Shown here piece after piece: positions 1 to 13,500 of a stretch of 64,000 bases of DNA. This stretch comes from Macrostomum hystrix (Eukaryota; Animalia; Platyhelminthes). The translations under genes and the position numbers were made by a program. The notes below the pieces were generated by a model, which saw only the letters and a program-made list of their open reading frames with translations, made no database searches and was not told the origin of the DNA. Position 1 is the first letter of the stretch, and every line of letters starts with the position of its first letter. Location of the stretch: positions 682,001 through 746,000 of the forward strand of contig CATNEN010000034.1 of the NCBI GenBank assembly GCA_950097015.1, in the 5' to 3' direction.

Positions 1-1937
1 TGAGTAAACAAATCATTTAAGAATTTGCAAGCTGGGTCAGTTCCTTATATTATTCTGAAGGGGATTCTAATTGTAGGGCTCGACTATATGAAATCCGCAG
101 CAAATGTGAACAAAGACAGAATTAGCGATTAAAAAATGACGTCACTTTAGTGTAGTAAGGGCGTGATTTACTATTTTTTTTATCACCAGTTGAATAGGGA
201 GCCCACTTCTTTGCCTTCTCTTATCTTCGCATTAATCAGATGCAACTTATGTGCACAGATACCAGTTTCATATTGACACCTGATCCGAGGTGCATACGTT
301 TATCTGCATACTGAATTAATGAAGCTCCACGATTTTCTCTTCTCAAATTATATATTGCCGGGTGCCCCGGATACAAGTGGAGATAATTCAAGTTTTCTAT
401 AAAACTATTTCAGCCCGACCTCCGTATATTTGTTCCGTTGTTGATCTCAACTTTCCCGACATGCACCCCAAATGTGGCTTCTTAGCTCCCAAAAATAGAG
501 GCAAACAGATCGACTGACTGTTTTGTCTACTTTGCCTGCAACTGACAGTCTCCATATAGTCCACAGACCGGATGTGGGGTAGTTAGTGTGCTTAAAGGGG
601 ATGAAAATGAATTCACAACGCGCGCGCACACTGACAGTCAATACGCAAGCTATAGAAGGCAGAAACCAAATCGAAATAGTAGAAAAAAAGCTGTGAAAAA
701 AGTAGTGAAACGAACAGCAGATGTCGCTTCTTTTTTGCCTGCATATTTGAGTCAACTAATATTTGAGCGGCGAGCAGTCACCAGTTGCTAATGCAATGAA
801 AACTGCGTCAGGTGCAGTGGCATAAGCAGTAGTCTTCATCTGCCGCGCGTAGGTCCCAACAGCGTCAGCCAATGTTCTACTAATGACCAATGACCAGCAA
901 TAGCGATAATTGTTGTTAAAATGGGGCGACTTTTGACAGCCAACTAACTGCCCCAGATAAGAATCTGTTCTGTTTACGGATAATTTATCCAACTGAATCC
1001 TATAAACAGAGTTCTTTGAATGATCGCTTTCACAATTCAAGCAATTAGCCTCTTGGGATGAGGGAGAGAATGGGATCAGTCCGTTGTTGCAGTTATCCTC
1101 AGGGGAGTGCTCAGTTAACTATTCTCCCCTCGCGGAGTCATGCAGAATTTGAGCAATAATATAAATCGGTCCTGGCTTTATTCAATGCTTTATAGTCACT
1201 CGCACACAAACACACGCACAGTGAGTTGAGTTCTCATAAAGCTGCTGCCGCCGCGGTCGCGACGTCAAGTTTAAACACGATGACTTCGCGATTCGGTTGG
1301 GGGTAGGGCAGTGAGATGGTTGAAAGGCTTGGCTGGAGCAACAGGCCGCTGCGGAGGTGGGGTTGGCTGCCAGATAATTGGCCGGATAATTGGACCGCTG
1401 GACCTCATCCATCAGCGGGCCTTTCGTGCCTTCTGTCTTCTGGTATCGAGTCAGAAATTCAACGAGAGGAGAGGGAAAAGGGGAGAGATCGAGCCAGCCA
1501 GTGTCCCAAAATTTACGACTCAAGAGCCGAACAAAAGCAGCTATAGTTGAGCAGTTAAGTTTCAGTTTTTTTCTTCTTTAGAAAATGAGGCTGCTGCAAA
1601 ACTCCCATGAAAAATAGACAGGGCTATATAAAGTTGGGAGCCTGATCTGGACACACCAATTATCCCCCCCGCATGAGACTGTTCCCAAATTCCCAGAGTT
1701 TTTTGTGGCAGCAATTTATATTAAGACTTTAAGCTACGGACCGCAGAGAGCCACAGAAATATATTAGATAAGGCAAGAATGTGAGGTTCTCTATCCAAAT
1801 ATTCCAGGCTTTATCTACAAGTCTTGGACCCCTGAATGTAGAACCTGAAGAGTCAACACCCGGCCTAACCAGCAATTTCCAGTAAATACTGAACTGCCTG
1901 TCTCACATTTACACTGGGCAGATGAGCTATCAAACAA

Positions 1938-2110
1938 GGGGTTGTAGCCTAGTGGTTAGAAGGTCGGTGGTTCGATTCTTGACTCCACTGGAACTATCTC
2001 TGTTCTTTTGTGGCAAGACACTTAACACAGGGTGGGTGTGGCGTCCCCCCAGTCCATGGACTGAACAGCCGTACGCAGCCTTCAGAATAGCAGCGGCTGC
2101 ATGTCTAGTA
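1938..2110 (+). mobile_element. tRNA-derived CORE-like SINE, internally deleted copy
   Basis: A box TAGCCTAGTGG, B box GGTTCGATTC and a core remnant TGTGGCAAGACACTTAAC. The 3' block CCCCAGTCCATGGACTGAACAG...GCAGCCTTCAGA is shared with the copy at 48610-48915. Confidence 0.75.
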
Positions 2111-2659
2111 TTTGTATGCTGAGCTCAATGATTTAGATATGAGTGCAAATTTGTCCCCATATCCCCTCATATCTGGGCGCGCACACTGTTAAGCTAGACC
2201 AGCTCGGGACTATGACCGAGTATTTGAGCTCGCATCGGTATTTATTCTTCATATTCAGTCTATATAGTTGGGCCCATGCATTCGAGCACTGGACATTCTG
2301 CTCAACAGACTTGACAGCTCAAATTGCGCTTGCTTGGCTAGTTGGAAGTTGGCAGATCACGGAACTCATCAGCTGGGATTCTATACTGAACACAGTATAA
2401 CTAAGGCCAGCAATTATCCGCATTTCTCTGACGGTATAGTGTCTGTGCCTTCTAGCTGATGGGCGTTGGCACCTCATTATATTTCACAATCCGCCTGCCC
2501 GGTTCTTGCACGCACAGTCGCGTGTTTGATGGTGGAAATTCGCTTCGAAAATTCTATGAAGTTCAGCTATTTTATCAACTTATAAAATCAACTTATGATT
2601 CTGAGAGGTCAAGAGTTCGAATCCTAGAACCTAAAGACCCTAATCCCAAACGTATCCTA

Positions 2660-2850
2660 AATAGTTCTAAGAAATTTTGGAAACTAGTCTGATTTCTAAG
2701 AAACCCTAACCTAAATTATTCTAAGAAATCATAGAAAAGTGGTCTGATTTCTAAGAAATCGTATCCTAAATGATTCTAAGAAATCATAGAAAACTAGTCT
2801 GAGTTCTAAGAAAACGAATCTTATACCATTCTTAGAAAACCTTCTAAGAT
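2660..2850. repeat. Degenerate repeat built on the palindromic TTCTAAGAA motif
   Basis: TTCTAAGAA at 2665, 2694, 2719, 2749, 2774 and 2804, and its reverse complement TTCTTAGAA at 2829, with alternating spacers. Confidence 0.7.
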
Positions 2851-2884
2851 TAGATAACACCGATTCACTAAACATTCCCCGCAG

Positions 2885-3066
2885 CTTCGATGCCTACTCA
2901 GACGGAGACTCATCATCGAAGGCCAGCGCGACGGCAGCCAGCTTCGGGTTCTCGCACTACATCAAGAATCTGGAGGCTCTGCAGCCGTGCGTCGGCGCCG
3001 CCGGAAGCGACGGGCTGCCTCCCGGCGTCGAATTCCAGACAGCTCGAGGCACCCCAGCGTCCAAAG
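2885..3066 (+). CDS. PEA3-type ETS gene, upstream coding exon (true first exon not identified)
   Basis: Acceptor ATTCCCCGCAG at 2884 and donor AAG|GTAATC at 3067. Open frame FDAYSDGDSS...RGTPASK. Its phase-1 end matches the next exon (G+GC=Gly). Confidence 0.65.
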
Positions 3067-4009
3067 GTAATCAGCTTATTAGCAATAAACTAACTGGGAT
3101 ATACTTTGGGATCAAATTGGGAAGATCAGAAAACTCAGGGAACCCGCAGTGCAGACTGCAATGCACCTGGAACGCGTGTTCGCGGGTGGCAATCCCAATC
3201 CCAGTTCTCGGCACAGGCAACCTCAAATCCCACATTCCATATGGACTGAATACTATATGAGGGATAGGGGAAAATACTGTTAAAGAAGTCTGTGCTGATT
3301 CGGAATTCCACACCTATGCAGATGCTTGCTTCAAATATTCCAAAGAGAAAGAGAGGGAGAAAATCCCCCCCAGCAGTCACTACCATGCCATGAGTAAAAC
3401 TATTATAAGCATTGTCTCTCGTGCACCAACCCCCCCCCGGTGGAACGCAATGAATGAAAACACATGGTCCAGCTGCATCCTTCAAAACTGCCAATCCCTA
3501 CAATTCTCCCCCAGTTAATTTTCCTATAAGTTTTGCTCCTGAGCTGTTGACCCCGTTGTTGCGTCTGTGGATTGAGCACTACAGAGGGGACTCACGACTG
3601 TTGCTGCCGTGGCTCAAACCCCGCATTTTTTAAACCGAAATTTATTATTGTCTCTCTTCTCATTCTACCTGAGTGAAATCTGGCGGACATTAGTTTTATT
3701 GCTGGTATATGCGAACAGTACTGTCATCTGGTCTATGTCAGCCCCAACTCACAATTTCGCCTCTCTGTGTCTCCACTGTATCTCATTCCTTAAGCACTTC
3801 CGTTACAAAGCCGCGTAGAATTGACAGAATTTTTTTAGCTCAAAGGTAAAATGGAACTCAGACAAGCTACTCACAGGGGGGCAGTGCAGTTCTCTCTGAG
3901 CTTGTTTGAGGCACACTTTTAAAACTGACAATTGTACAGCTGAATTGCTTTTTGGTAGAAAAAGTGTCTTCAAATTTGAGCAAAATTTGAGCAATTTTAG
4001 ATTTTAGAA

Positions 4010-4238
4010 AACAACTGTCACTCTTCAACAACTGTCACTCTTCAACAACTGTCACTCTTCAACAACTGTCACACTTCAACAACTGTCACTCTTCAACAAC
4101 TGTCACTCTTCAACAACTGTCACTCTTTAATGAGTTCAAAAACTGTCACTCTACAAAAGCTGTCACTCTACAAAAGCTGTCACTCTTCAACAATGGTCAC
4201 TCTTCAACAAATGTCACTCTTCAACAAATGTCACTCTT
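4010..4238. repeat. 17-bp minisatellite (CAACAACTGTCACTCTT)
   Basis: About 13 tandem units in an ETS intron, ending about 25 nt before the acceptor at 4265. Confidence 0.95.
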
Positions 4239-4265
4239 AACTCCACAATGTCCCCTTTCCTCAAG

Positions 4266-4469
4266 GCTACTCAAATCGCAGTTCAAACAGCTGCAGCGGC
4301 GACGTCCCGGAAGACGACGAGGAGGACGACGAAGATGATGACGACGAAGACCACGGCGGATTCGCGAAGTCCGTGCAGATGGCGAATGTTGCAGATCGGG
4401 ACGAACGAGCTTCGGCAGCTTGCACAGTCGCGGCCTCCGCTATGGATCTGGTGGATGAGAAAGCTGCAG
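4266..4469 (+). CDS. PEA3-type ETS gene, acidic coding exon
   Basis: Acceptor CCTTTCCTCAAG and donor CAG|GTATGT at 4470. Reads YSNRSSNSCSGDVPEDDEEDDEDDDDEDHGG...MDLVDEKAA. Phase-1 end joins 5272 (G+CA=Ala). Confidence 0.75.
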
Positions 4470-4783
4470 GTATGTGTTTTTCTGTTGACATCCGCCATTT
4501 GATGCCATTTTCTTAACCCAGTCTAAGCCTCTTTATCAGTCAACAGGCTTCTGCATCCTTATCCCAACGGGCCCGCATCCCAATCCCAATGGCCCATCAC
4601 CTGCGCTAAGGCTGTGATTACAGCCTCTTCAGGCGGCGAAAAAGGAGATTGTTTACTAGGTATCCAAGCGACAATTCAAAACAATTAAATGACATCAGGT
4701 AGTTTGAATGAAACCCAAACATAAAATTGAAACTTCTGCCCGTCAAAAAAGAATCATAAAAACAAAACAGAATCCAGATACCA

Positions 4784-5130
4784 AAATTATCAAAGTGGCA
4801 CATCATCAAAGTGGCAAATTATCAAAGTGGCAAATTATCAAAGTGGCACATCATCAAAGTGGCAAATTATCAAAGTGGCAAATTATCAAAGTGGCAAATT
4901 ATCAAAGTGGCAAATTATCAAAGTGGCACATTATCAAAGTGGCAAATTATCAAAGTGGCAAATTATCAAAGTGGCAAATTATCAAAGTGGCAAATTATCA
5001 AAGTGGCAAATTATCAAAGTGGCAAATTATCAAAGTGGCAAATTATCAAAGTGGCAAATTATCAAAGTGGCAAATTATCAAAGTGGCAAATTATCAAAGT
5101 GGCAAATTATCAAAGTGGCCAATTATCAAA
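4784..5130. repeat. 16-bp minisatellite (AATTATCAAAGTGGCA)
   Basis: About 21 tandem units in an ETS intron. Confidence 0.97.
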
Positions 5131-5271
5131 AGTCAAATGATATCAGTTATCTCATTATAACATCATCGCCTTCATCTCTCCCTTATCACCGAATTCGGTA
5201 AACACGCTTGGCCAATTCAACTGCCAGCTGTGAAAATACGAAATTCTATTTGCTAAAAAACTTCATTGCAG

Positions 5272-5343
5272 CATCGCAGCCACCGCTGCATCAGGTGCAG
5301 TCAGCAAAAACAAGTGACTACTTCACAGCCTTCTCAAGCACTT

Positions 5344-5374
<31 letters not shown>

Positions 5375-5624
5375 GGCAAAGCCTACCCAATCGGCAGATT
5401 CTAACGGATCTGCAGCCGCAGCCGCCACAGCCGCTGCCGCCGCAGCTGCAGCCGCTCACTGCAGCCTTCGGCGTGCAGCCGCCGCTCTCGGCGGTCAGCC
5501 GAATCGGCGTGGCTCCCTGCAGCTGTGGCAGTTTTTGGTGACTCTGCTCGACGATCCGGGCAGCGGCGGCTGCATCTGCTGGACCGGCAAGGAGATGGAG
5601 TTCAAGCTTATTGAACCAGAAGAG
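5272..5624 (+). CDS. ETV1/4/5-like (Pea3): PEA3-type ETS gene, exon with N-terminal half of the ETS domain
   Basis: Acceptor TTCATTGCAG. Encodes RRGSLQLWQFLVTLLDDP...WTGKEMEFKLIEPEE, then donor GAG|GTTAGT at 5625 (phase 0). Confidence 0.92.
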
Positions 5625-7607
5625 GTTAGTCAGGAAGGCAAATGTGTCTTTTTATACTGTTAAATAATTGCATTCCTCCATATTTCTAATACGGACTTGT
5701 AGGGAAAAGTGACGTTTGTGAGTTATAAAAATGGGAAGTTTCCGTTTGATAAAACTTTTTAATGCAAAGCTGCAATTTCTCAAAAACTTTCTAACCAGAA
5801 TTTTCATCATGGATACGGTTTTTTCGGAATAGACTTATCAATCAATATTCCCGACCCTTCCCCAGAGCAGGTTACAGGTGAATATTGTGTCCCAATGCGA
5901 AACCAAAGCTAAATTCACTCCTCCTGTAGCGGAAATGAAATCCCATGATCTGAAATAGTCAAAAGACTTTTTTTAATCCTAATCTGGTATCTATGGCTGA
6001 TGAGTTTGTCCCAACACCCTATAGCGCGCAATGCGTATAGGAGAAAGTTATCTAAATTTCTTTCTTACCAGATTTCTAGTTGCATGAGCAGACGGACTGC
6101 TCAAAGAAAGGTTGAGCAGCAAGGATATTCAAAGCTTTGAAAAGGCCCAGAGGCTATACGGCTGGATTTCATTAGTTTAATGGCTGAGTGTTGAGACTGC
6201 GCATTGCAGGAATGAGAAGGATTAGATGGATTTAGGGAGGGGAGAGAAATTTTAATTCATCTAGAATTCGCCTTCCCAAAGGCCCCGTCTCCGCCCTGTT
6301 ATCTGGGTCTTAAAATCTGCTTCTAACTCTGCTCCCGTTGCCACACCAAAGTCCTCTAATTAGGGCCGCATTGATCATCGAGAGGGTGTCCTACCCTTCC
6401 ATGAGACATGGCCTGACCACAGCAGCAGTCTTAAGAAGCTGTCCTCCCCCCTGCTCTTCATCTCTCGCCGCGTCTCCATACGGAGGCAGCTTGGCAAGGT
6501 GGCGAAAGAGGAGGCAGAGACAAGATGCGGGGGCCAAGGATTATAGGTGGAGAGATAATTGGACACTGCAGGACACTGGCGTGTGCTACACCAGGGAGGG
6601 ATTAGTCAAGGACCCTCTGCCATGAGAGCATAGTCTGCGCTGAGCTCGCTCACGAAATGGACACCGACCCTGTTACGCGTTTTGAAGTGTGCGGGAGAAA
6701 TCCTCATTGAAGATAGGGAATTATGGAAGGGTTTAGAAGGCCTTGAGGGGGGAGAAAATTAGGATCAGCAGGTGGTCCTTGTATAGCACCTCAGTAGTTA
6801 AGTTACAGATCTTGTCGTTGTATTACCGATAAATGTCCGATAAAATATGTCCAGCGAAAAAAAAGAATTTAGCTCAACAGAATTTTTAATTAGCTCAATT
6901 CAAATAAGAAATTCTATCTATATAGAATTTAACTTATCAGATCCTAAAATTTAATAATATCGGCAGAAACTCCATGATGGTCCAGTCTGTGTTGATATTT
7001 GTCTGGCCTGCTACTTCGCAGATTAAAGAAAATCTTAGCCACACACTGACACACACACACAGACATTGTCCATCGGAGCGTATAGCTTCAGGTCGGGGCT
7101 GCACGCGTTGACACACTCTCAGTCAGTCGCTTATTAACAAGTTAGCCAATGCACCTGAGCTTCCGTTTTGGCGGAAAATTAAATCTATCATTTTTCTACA
7201 GAGCCGCTAGTATAGGTCAGTGGGACAGTCAGAGCGAAGAACCGAAGGAATGAGCAAATATGCTCAAATCTCTATATGATATAGAAGCGCTTGACTTATA
7301 TCTGAACCGATCAACTTGCTCGCTCGGTGTTGGTGGCACGTGACTAAACAGTTGAAGCAGGAACGGCTACCAACAACCTCACCGCCATGGGGCCAAAGCA
7401 AACTACCGCTGTCGCATCTTAAACAGTCAATAAAACTTTTTCTCCATCTTTCTGTTCGAATTCGTTTTCCTTCGCAGTCGCTGCACGACAATGGCAGCAG
7501 GATGTTTGCTTTTCTGAAAAAATGGGACTTATACTTTAGCTGTAGAAGACTAAATGAACATGCTACTGGCATTTCATCTCAGATTTCATTAATGATGTAG
7601 AACTGAT

Positions 7608-8365
7608 GCTATTAGAGTCCGTGTCTAACAGCTATTAGAGTCCATGTCTAACAGCTATTAGAGTCCGTGTCTAACAGCTATTAGAGTCCGTGTCTAACAT
7701 CTATTAGAGTCCGTGTCTAACAGCTATTAGAGTCCGTGTCTAACAGCTATTAGAGTCCGTGTCTAACAGATATTAGAGTGCGTGTCTAACAGCTATTAGA
7801 GTCCGTGTCTAACAGCTATTAGAGTGCGTGTCTAACAGCTATTAGAGTCCGTGTCTAACAGCTATTAGAGTCCGTGTCTAACAGCTATTAGAGTCCGTGT
7901 CTAACAGATATTAGAGTGCGTGTCTAACAGCTATTAGAGTCCGTGTCTAACAGCTATTAGAGTCCGTGTCTAACAGCTATTAGAGTGCGTGTCTAACAGC
8001 TATTAGAGTCCGTGTCTAACAGCTATTAGAGTCCGTGTCTAACAGCTATTAGAGTCCGTGTCTAACAGATATTAGAGTGCGTGTCTAACAGCTATTAGAG
8101 TCCGTGTCTAACAGCTATTAGAGTCCGTGTCTAACAGCTATTAGAGTCCGTGTCTAACAGCTATTAGAGTCCGTGTCTAACAGCTATTAGAGTCCGTGTC
8201 TAACAGCTATTAGAGTCCGTGTCTAACAGCTATTAGAGTCCGTGTCTAACAGCTATTAGAGTCCGTGTCTAACAGCTATTAGAGTCCGTGTCTAACAGCT
8301 ATTAGAGTCCGTGTCTAACAGCTATTAGAGTCCGTGTCTAACAGCTATTAGAGTCCGTGTCTAAC
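7608..8365. repeat. 23-bp minisatellite (CTATTAGAGTCCGTGTCTAACAG)
   Basis: About 33 near-identical units in the intron splitting the ETS domain, ending about 110 nt before the acceptor. Confidence 0.97.
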
Positions 8366-8476
8366 GACAAGTCAGTTCCTCAGTCATTCTCCAGACCTTC
8401 TAGTCAGGCGTCTAAACACAGGGCTTCAATTGATTCAGGCTTGATGACAGAGCAATCCCGGTCTTCCGCAATCCAG

Positions 8477-8944
8477 GTGGCCCGACTGTGGGGCATACAG
8501 AAGAACAGGCCGGCCATGAACTATGACAAGTTGAGCCGCTCGCTGCGCTACTACTACGAGAAGGGCATCATGCAGAAGGTCGCTGGCGAGAGGTACGTCT
8601 ACAAGTTTGTCTGCGACCCCGAGATCCTGTTCAGCATGGCCTTTCCGGAGACCCAGCGCCAGCAGTCCTCCGCGGGTGGCAAGAGCTCGAGGGCCCGGGA
8701 GCACGGCTCGCATGGAAGCTCCGACCAGCAGCGTCTTCCAGACCTTGTGCATCACCAGCAGCAGCAATCCCAACAGCCGCAGCAGCAGCAGCCTCAACAA
8801 AACATCGCCAAGTCTATTGAATACTCGGAACCCCAAGACTTTGTCATGGGTTCACTGCAGCCACCACCGCTGCAGCAGCATCAGGCGCATCAACAGCATC
8901 AGCCGCCGCCATTGTCTTCCAATCACCACCAGCAGCATCACCAG

Positions 8945-8985
<41 letters not shown>

Positions 8986-9417
8986 GCCGATTGTGATCGA
9001 CCTGCTGGATCCCACGTCGGTAGCGCCCGCAATGGAAGAGCTCACGGCGATTGGCATTGACGACGGCTACCGGGGATATGCTCAGCAGTATGCTCAACTG
9101 TCCTACGGCAGGCCGGCTGGCGTCGGCGGCCACTATCTGGATGCCAGCTCGTACGACAGCCGGCAGTACTGCGGCAGCGTCGGTGGCGGCGGCAGTGGCG
9201 GCTACAGTCCCGGCGTCTACTTGAACTACCCCTACGGAGACTGTGCATCCGCAGCCGCAGCCGCAGCAGCTGCCGCAGCGATGGGCCTACCTATGCACAT
9301 GTACTCTGCGCCAAGCCCGCAGCCAATCACTCATCAGCAGCAGCATCAGCACCTGAATCATCAGCAACATCAGCAGATGCACGCTCAATACGCGATTCCT
9401 GTACCAATGCATCATCA

Positions 9418-9455
<38 letters not shown>

Positions 9456-9787
9456 TGCTGCACCAGCCGATGCACAGGCTGCCCTGCGGCGGCCAGGACT
9501 ATTACGGCAGCGGCGTTGCAGGCGGGCAGCTGAGCTACCAGCAGCACATGGAGTATTTTCAGCGCATTGGCAGCTGCTCGCCAGGCGACTATCACCAGGC
9601 CATGTGCGCCGCCGCCGCAGCCGCCGCTGCTGCCGACGAAGACGTCGCCGATGACGACGAAGACGCGGATGGCGACGAAGAAGACGACGACGAAGAAGAA
9701 GTTGGCGGCAAGGCGGCTGCGGCTGCGGCGGCGGCGTTGTCTTCGGCTTCCGCGGCCGAAAAGCTGCAGGGCAGTTGCGTGTTCTAG
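8477..9787 (+). CDS. ETV1/4/5-like (Pea3): PEA3-type ETS gene, last exon (C-terminal half of ETS domain plus long low-complexity tail)
   Basis: Acceptor ATCCAG at 8476. Encodes [57 protein letters not shown], the PEA3-subfamily ETS signature. Stop TAG at 9785-9787. Confidence 0.93.
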
Positions 9788-10501
9788 ATGGCACTGATTT
9801 TCTTAGAAACCCGCAAAATATTATAACAATTGTTGATGCGCAAATGTCAATTATAAAGCTCCAAATAGCAGAAATTATTTAAGTTGCGAAGTCCCAAATT
9901 TCCGAAATTGTTTAAACAGCAAATCACTCGGCTGTCTAGGAAAGTACATCGACTACCGCCTAGTCAATTCGCCCTAATCCTCGCGTATTTTTCGTCTAGT
10001 CCGAGTTTTTTTAAAGCAATTTGTGCATGTTCCCCCTGATCGCATCTATAAAAATGAACGCATGTTTTGTTGTTCTTCTGAAAACTCCAAATTCTAATGT
10101 TTTAATCCAGATGCTTTTCTAGTTGCCACAGCAACTATAAGCTCAGAGAACACATTTCAATTAGATTAAATAGGCCCCAAAATTTTACGGCATTTGTACA
10201 AAAAATTCTGCTTGTACATACGAACTGAACTTCAGATCTACCGACAACACAAACTCGCAGCGAGCTAAACTACTAGAATCATTTACCAGTACAAATATAT
10301 ATATCTATATCTGATGCGAATTACTTAACTGCTGAAATATTTGGAAGACTATGCAATCCTTCACTCCATTTGTCACTATAGGAATTCGTGAGCAAAATTA
10401 GACATTTTCGTTGGGTATTTTCGATGGGCATTTGACCACAAAAATTAGAAAAAGTAGTTTGACTAATTCTTTTAACAGCGAAATGAAATGAAGCATTTCC
10501 A

Positions 10502-13500
10502 CCCCCTGATCCTTCAGTGTGTCAGCCTCACCCTCTCCCTGATCCTTCAGTGTGTCAGCCTCACCCTCTCCCTGATCCTTCAGTGTGTCAGCCTCACCCT
10601 CTCCCTGATCCTTCAGTGTGTCAGCCTCACCCTCTCCCTGATCCTTCAGTGTGTCAGCCTCACCCTCTCCCTGATCCTTCAGTGTGTCAGCCTCACCCTC
10701 TCCCTGATCCTTCAGTGTGTCAGCCTCACCCTCCCCCTGATCCTTCAGTGTGTCAGCCTCACCCTCTCCCTGATCCTTCAGTGTGTCAGCCTCACCCTCT
10801 CCCTGATCCTTCAGTGTGTCAGCCTCACCCTCCCCCTGATCCTTCAGTGTGTCAGCCTCACCCTCTCCCTGATCCTTCAGTGTGTCAGCCTCACCCTCTC
10901 CCTGATCCTTCAGTGTGTCAGCCTCACCCTCTCCCTGATCCTTCAGTGTGTCAGCCTCACCCTCCCCCGGATCCTTCAGTGTGTCAGCCTCACCCTCTCC
11001 CTGATCCTTCAGTGTGTCAGCCTCACCCTCTCCCTGATCCTTCAGTGTGTCAGCCTCACCCTCTCCCTGATCCTTCAGTGTGTCAGCCTCACCCTCCCCC
11101 TGATCCTTCAGTGTGTCAGCCTCACCCTCTCCCTAATCCTTCAGTGTGTCAGCCTCACCCTCCCCTTGATCCTTCAGTGTGTCAGCCTCACCCTCTCCCT
11201 GATCCTTCAGTGTGTCAGCCTCACCCTCTCCCTGATCCTTCAGTGTGTCAGCCTCACCCTCTCCCTGATCCTTCAGTGTGTCAGCCTCACCCTCTCCCTA
11301 ATCCTTCAGTGTGTCAGCCTCACCCTCCCCCTGATCCTTCAGTGTGTCAGCCTCACCCTCTCCCTGATCCTTCAGTGTGTCAGCCTCACCCTCTCCCTGA
11401 TCCTTCAGTGTGTCAGCCTCACCCTCCCCCTGATCCTTCAGTGTGTCAGCCTCACCCTCTCCCCTGATCCTTCAGTGTGTCAGCCTCACCCTCTCCCTGA
11501 TCCTTCAGTGTGTCAGCCTCACCCTCCCCCTGATCCTTCAGTGTGTCAGCCTCACCCTCTCCCTGATCCTTCAGTGTGTCAGCCTCACCCTCTCCCTGAT
11601 CCTTCAGTGTGTCAGCCTCACCCTCTCCCTGATCCTTCAGTGTGTCAGCCTCACCCTCTCCCTGATCCTTCAGTGTGTCAGCCTCACCCTCCCCCTGATC
11701 CTTCAGTGTGTCAGCCTCACCCTCTCCCTGATCCTTCAGTGTGTCAGCCTCACCCTCTCCCTGATCCTTCAGTGTGTCAGCCTCACCCTCCCCCTGATCC
11801 TTCAGTGTGTCAGCCTCACCCTCTCCCTGATCCTTCAGTGTGTCAGCCTCACCCTCTCCCTGATCCTTCAGTGTGTCAGCCTCACCCTCTCCCTGATCCT
11901 TCAGTGTGTCAGCCTCACCCTCCCCCGGATCCTTCAGTGTGTCAGCCTCACCCTCTCCCTGATCCTTCAGTGTGTCAGCCTCACCCTCTCCCTGATCCTT
12001 CAGTGTGTCAGCCTCACCCTCCCCCTGATCCTTCAGTGTGTCAGCCTCACCCTCTCCCTGATCCTTCAGTGTGTCAGCCTCACCCTCTCCCTGATCCTTC
12101 AGTGTGTCAGCCTCACCCTCTCCCTAATCCTTCAGTGTGTCAGCCTCACCCTCCCCCTGATCCTTCAGTGTGTCAGCCTCACCCTCTCCCTGATCCTTCA
12201 GTGTGTCAGCCTCACCCTCTCCCTGATCCTTCAGTGTGTCAGCCTCACCCTCCCCCTGATCCTTCAGTGTGTCAGCCTCACCCTCTCCCTGATCCTTCAG
12301 TGTGTCAGCCTCACCCTCTCCCTGATCCTTCAGTGTGTCAGCCTCACCCTCTCCCTGATCCTTCAGTGTGTCAGCCTCACCCTCTCCCTGATCCTTCAGT
12401 GTGTCAGCCTCACCCTCCCCCTGATCCTTCAGTGTGTCAGCCTCACCCTCTCCCTAATCCTTCAGTGTGTCAGCCTCACCCTCCCCTTGATCCTTCAGTG
12501 TGTCAGCCTCACCCTCTCCCTGATCCTTCAGTGTGTCAGCCTCACCCTCTCCCTGATCCTTCAGTGTGTCAGCCTCACCCTCTCCCTGATCCTTCAGTGT
12601 GTCAGCCTCACCCTCTCCCTAATCCTTCAGTGTGTCAGCCTCACCCTCCCCCTGATCCTTCAGTGTGTCAGCCTCACCCTCTCCCTGATCCTTCAGTGTG
12701 TCAGCCTCACCCTCTCCCTGATCCTTCAGTGTGTCAGCCTCACCCTCCCCCTGATCCTTCAGTGTGTCAGCCTCACCCTCTCCCTGATCCTTCAGTGTGT
12801 CAGCCTCACCCTCTCCCTGATCCTTCAGTGTGTCAGCCTCACCCTCCCCCTGATCCTTCAGTGTGTCAGCCTCACCCTCTCCCTGATCCTTCAGTGTGTC
12901 AGCCTCACCCTCTCCCTGATCCTTCAGTGTGTCAGCCTCACCCTCTCCCTGATCCTTCAGTGTGTCAGCCTCACCCTCTCCCTGATCCTTCAGTGTGTCA
13001 GCCTCACCCTCTCCCTGATCCTTCAGTGTGTCAGCCTCACCCTCTCCCTGATCCTTCAGTGTGTCAGCCTCACCCTCCCCCTGATCCTTCAGTGTGTCAG
13101 CCTCACCCTCTCCCTGATCCTTCAGTGTGTCAGCCTCACCCTCCCCCTGATCCTTCAGTGTGTCAGCCTCACCCTCCCCCTGATCCTTCAGTGTGTCAGC
13201 CTCACCCTCTCCCTGATCCTTCAGTGTGTCAGCCTCACCCTCTCCCTGATCCTTCAGTGTGTCAGCCTCACCCTCTCCCTAATCCTTCAGTGTGTCAGCC
13301 TCACCCTCCCCCTGATCCTTCAGTGTGTCAGCCTCACCCTCTCCCTGATCCTTCAGTGTGTCAGCCTCACCCTCTCCCTGATCCTTCAGTGTGTCAGCCT
13401 CACCCTCCCCCTGATCCTTCAGTGTGTCAGCCTCACCCTCTCCCTGATCCTTCAGTGTGTCAGCCTCACCCTCTCCCTGATCCTTCAGTGTGTCAGCCTC

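Noticed and set aside
1279-1581. Candidate first exons of the ETS gene
   Set aside because: The available donors are phase 0 or 1, but the exon at 2885 needs phase 2. No supported join was found.
8435-9797. Overlapping alternative-frame and antisense ORFs over the ETS, cystatin, Prx and protocadherin exons
   Set aside because: Expected shadow ORFs of GC-rich coding sequence, with no independent motifs.
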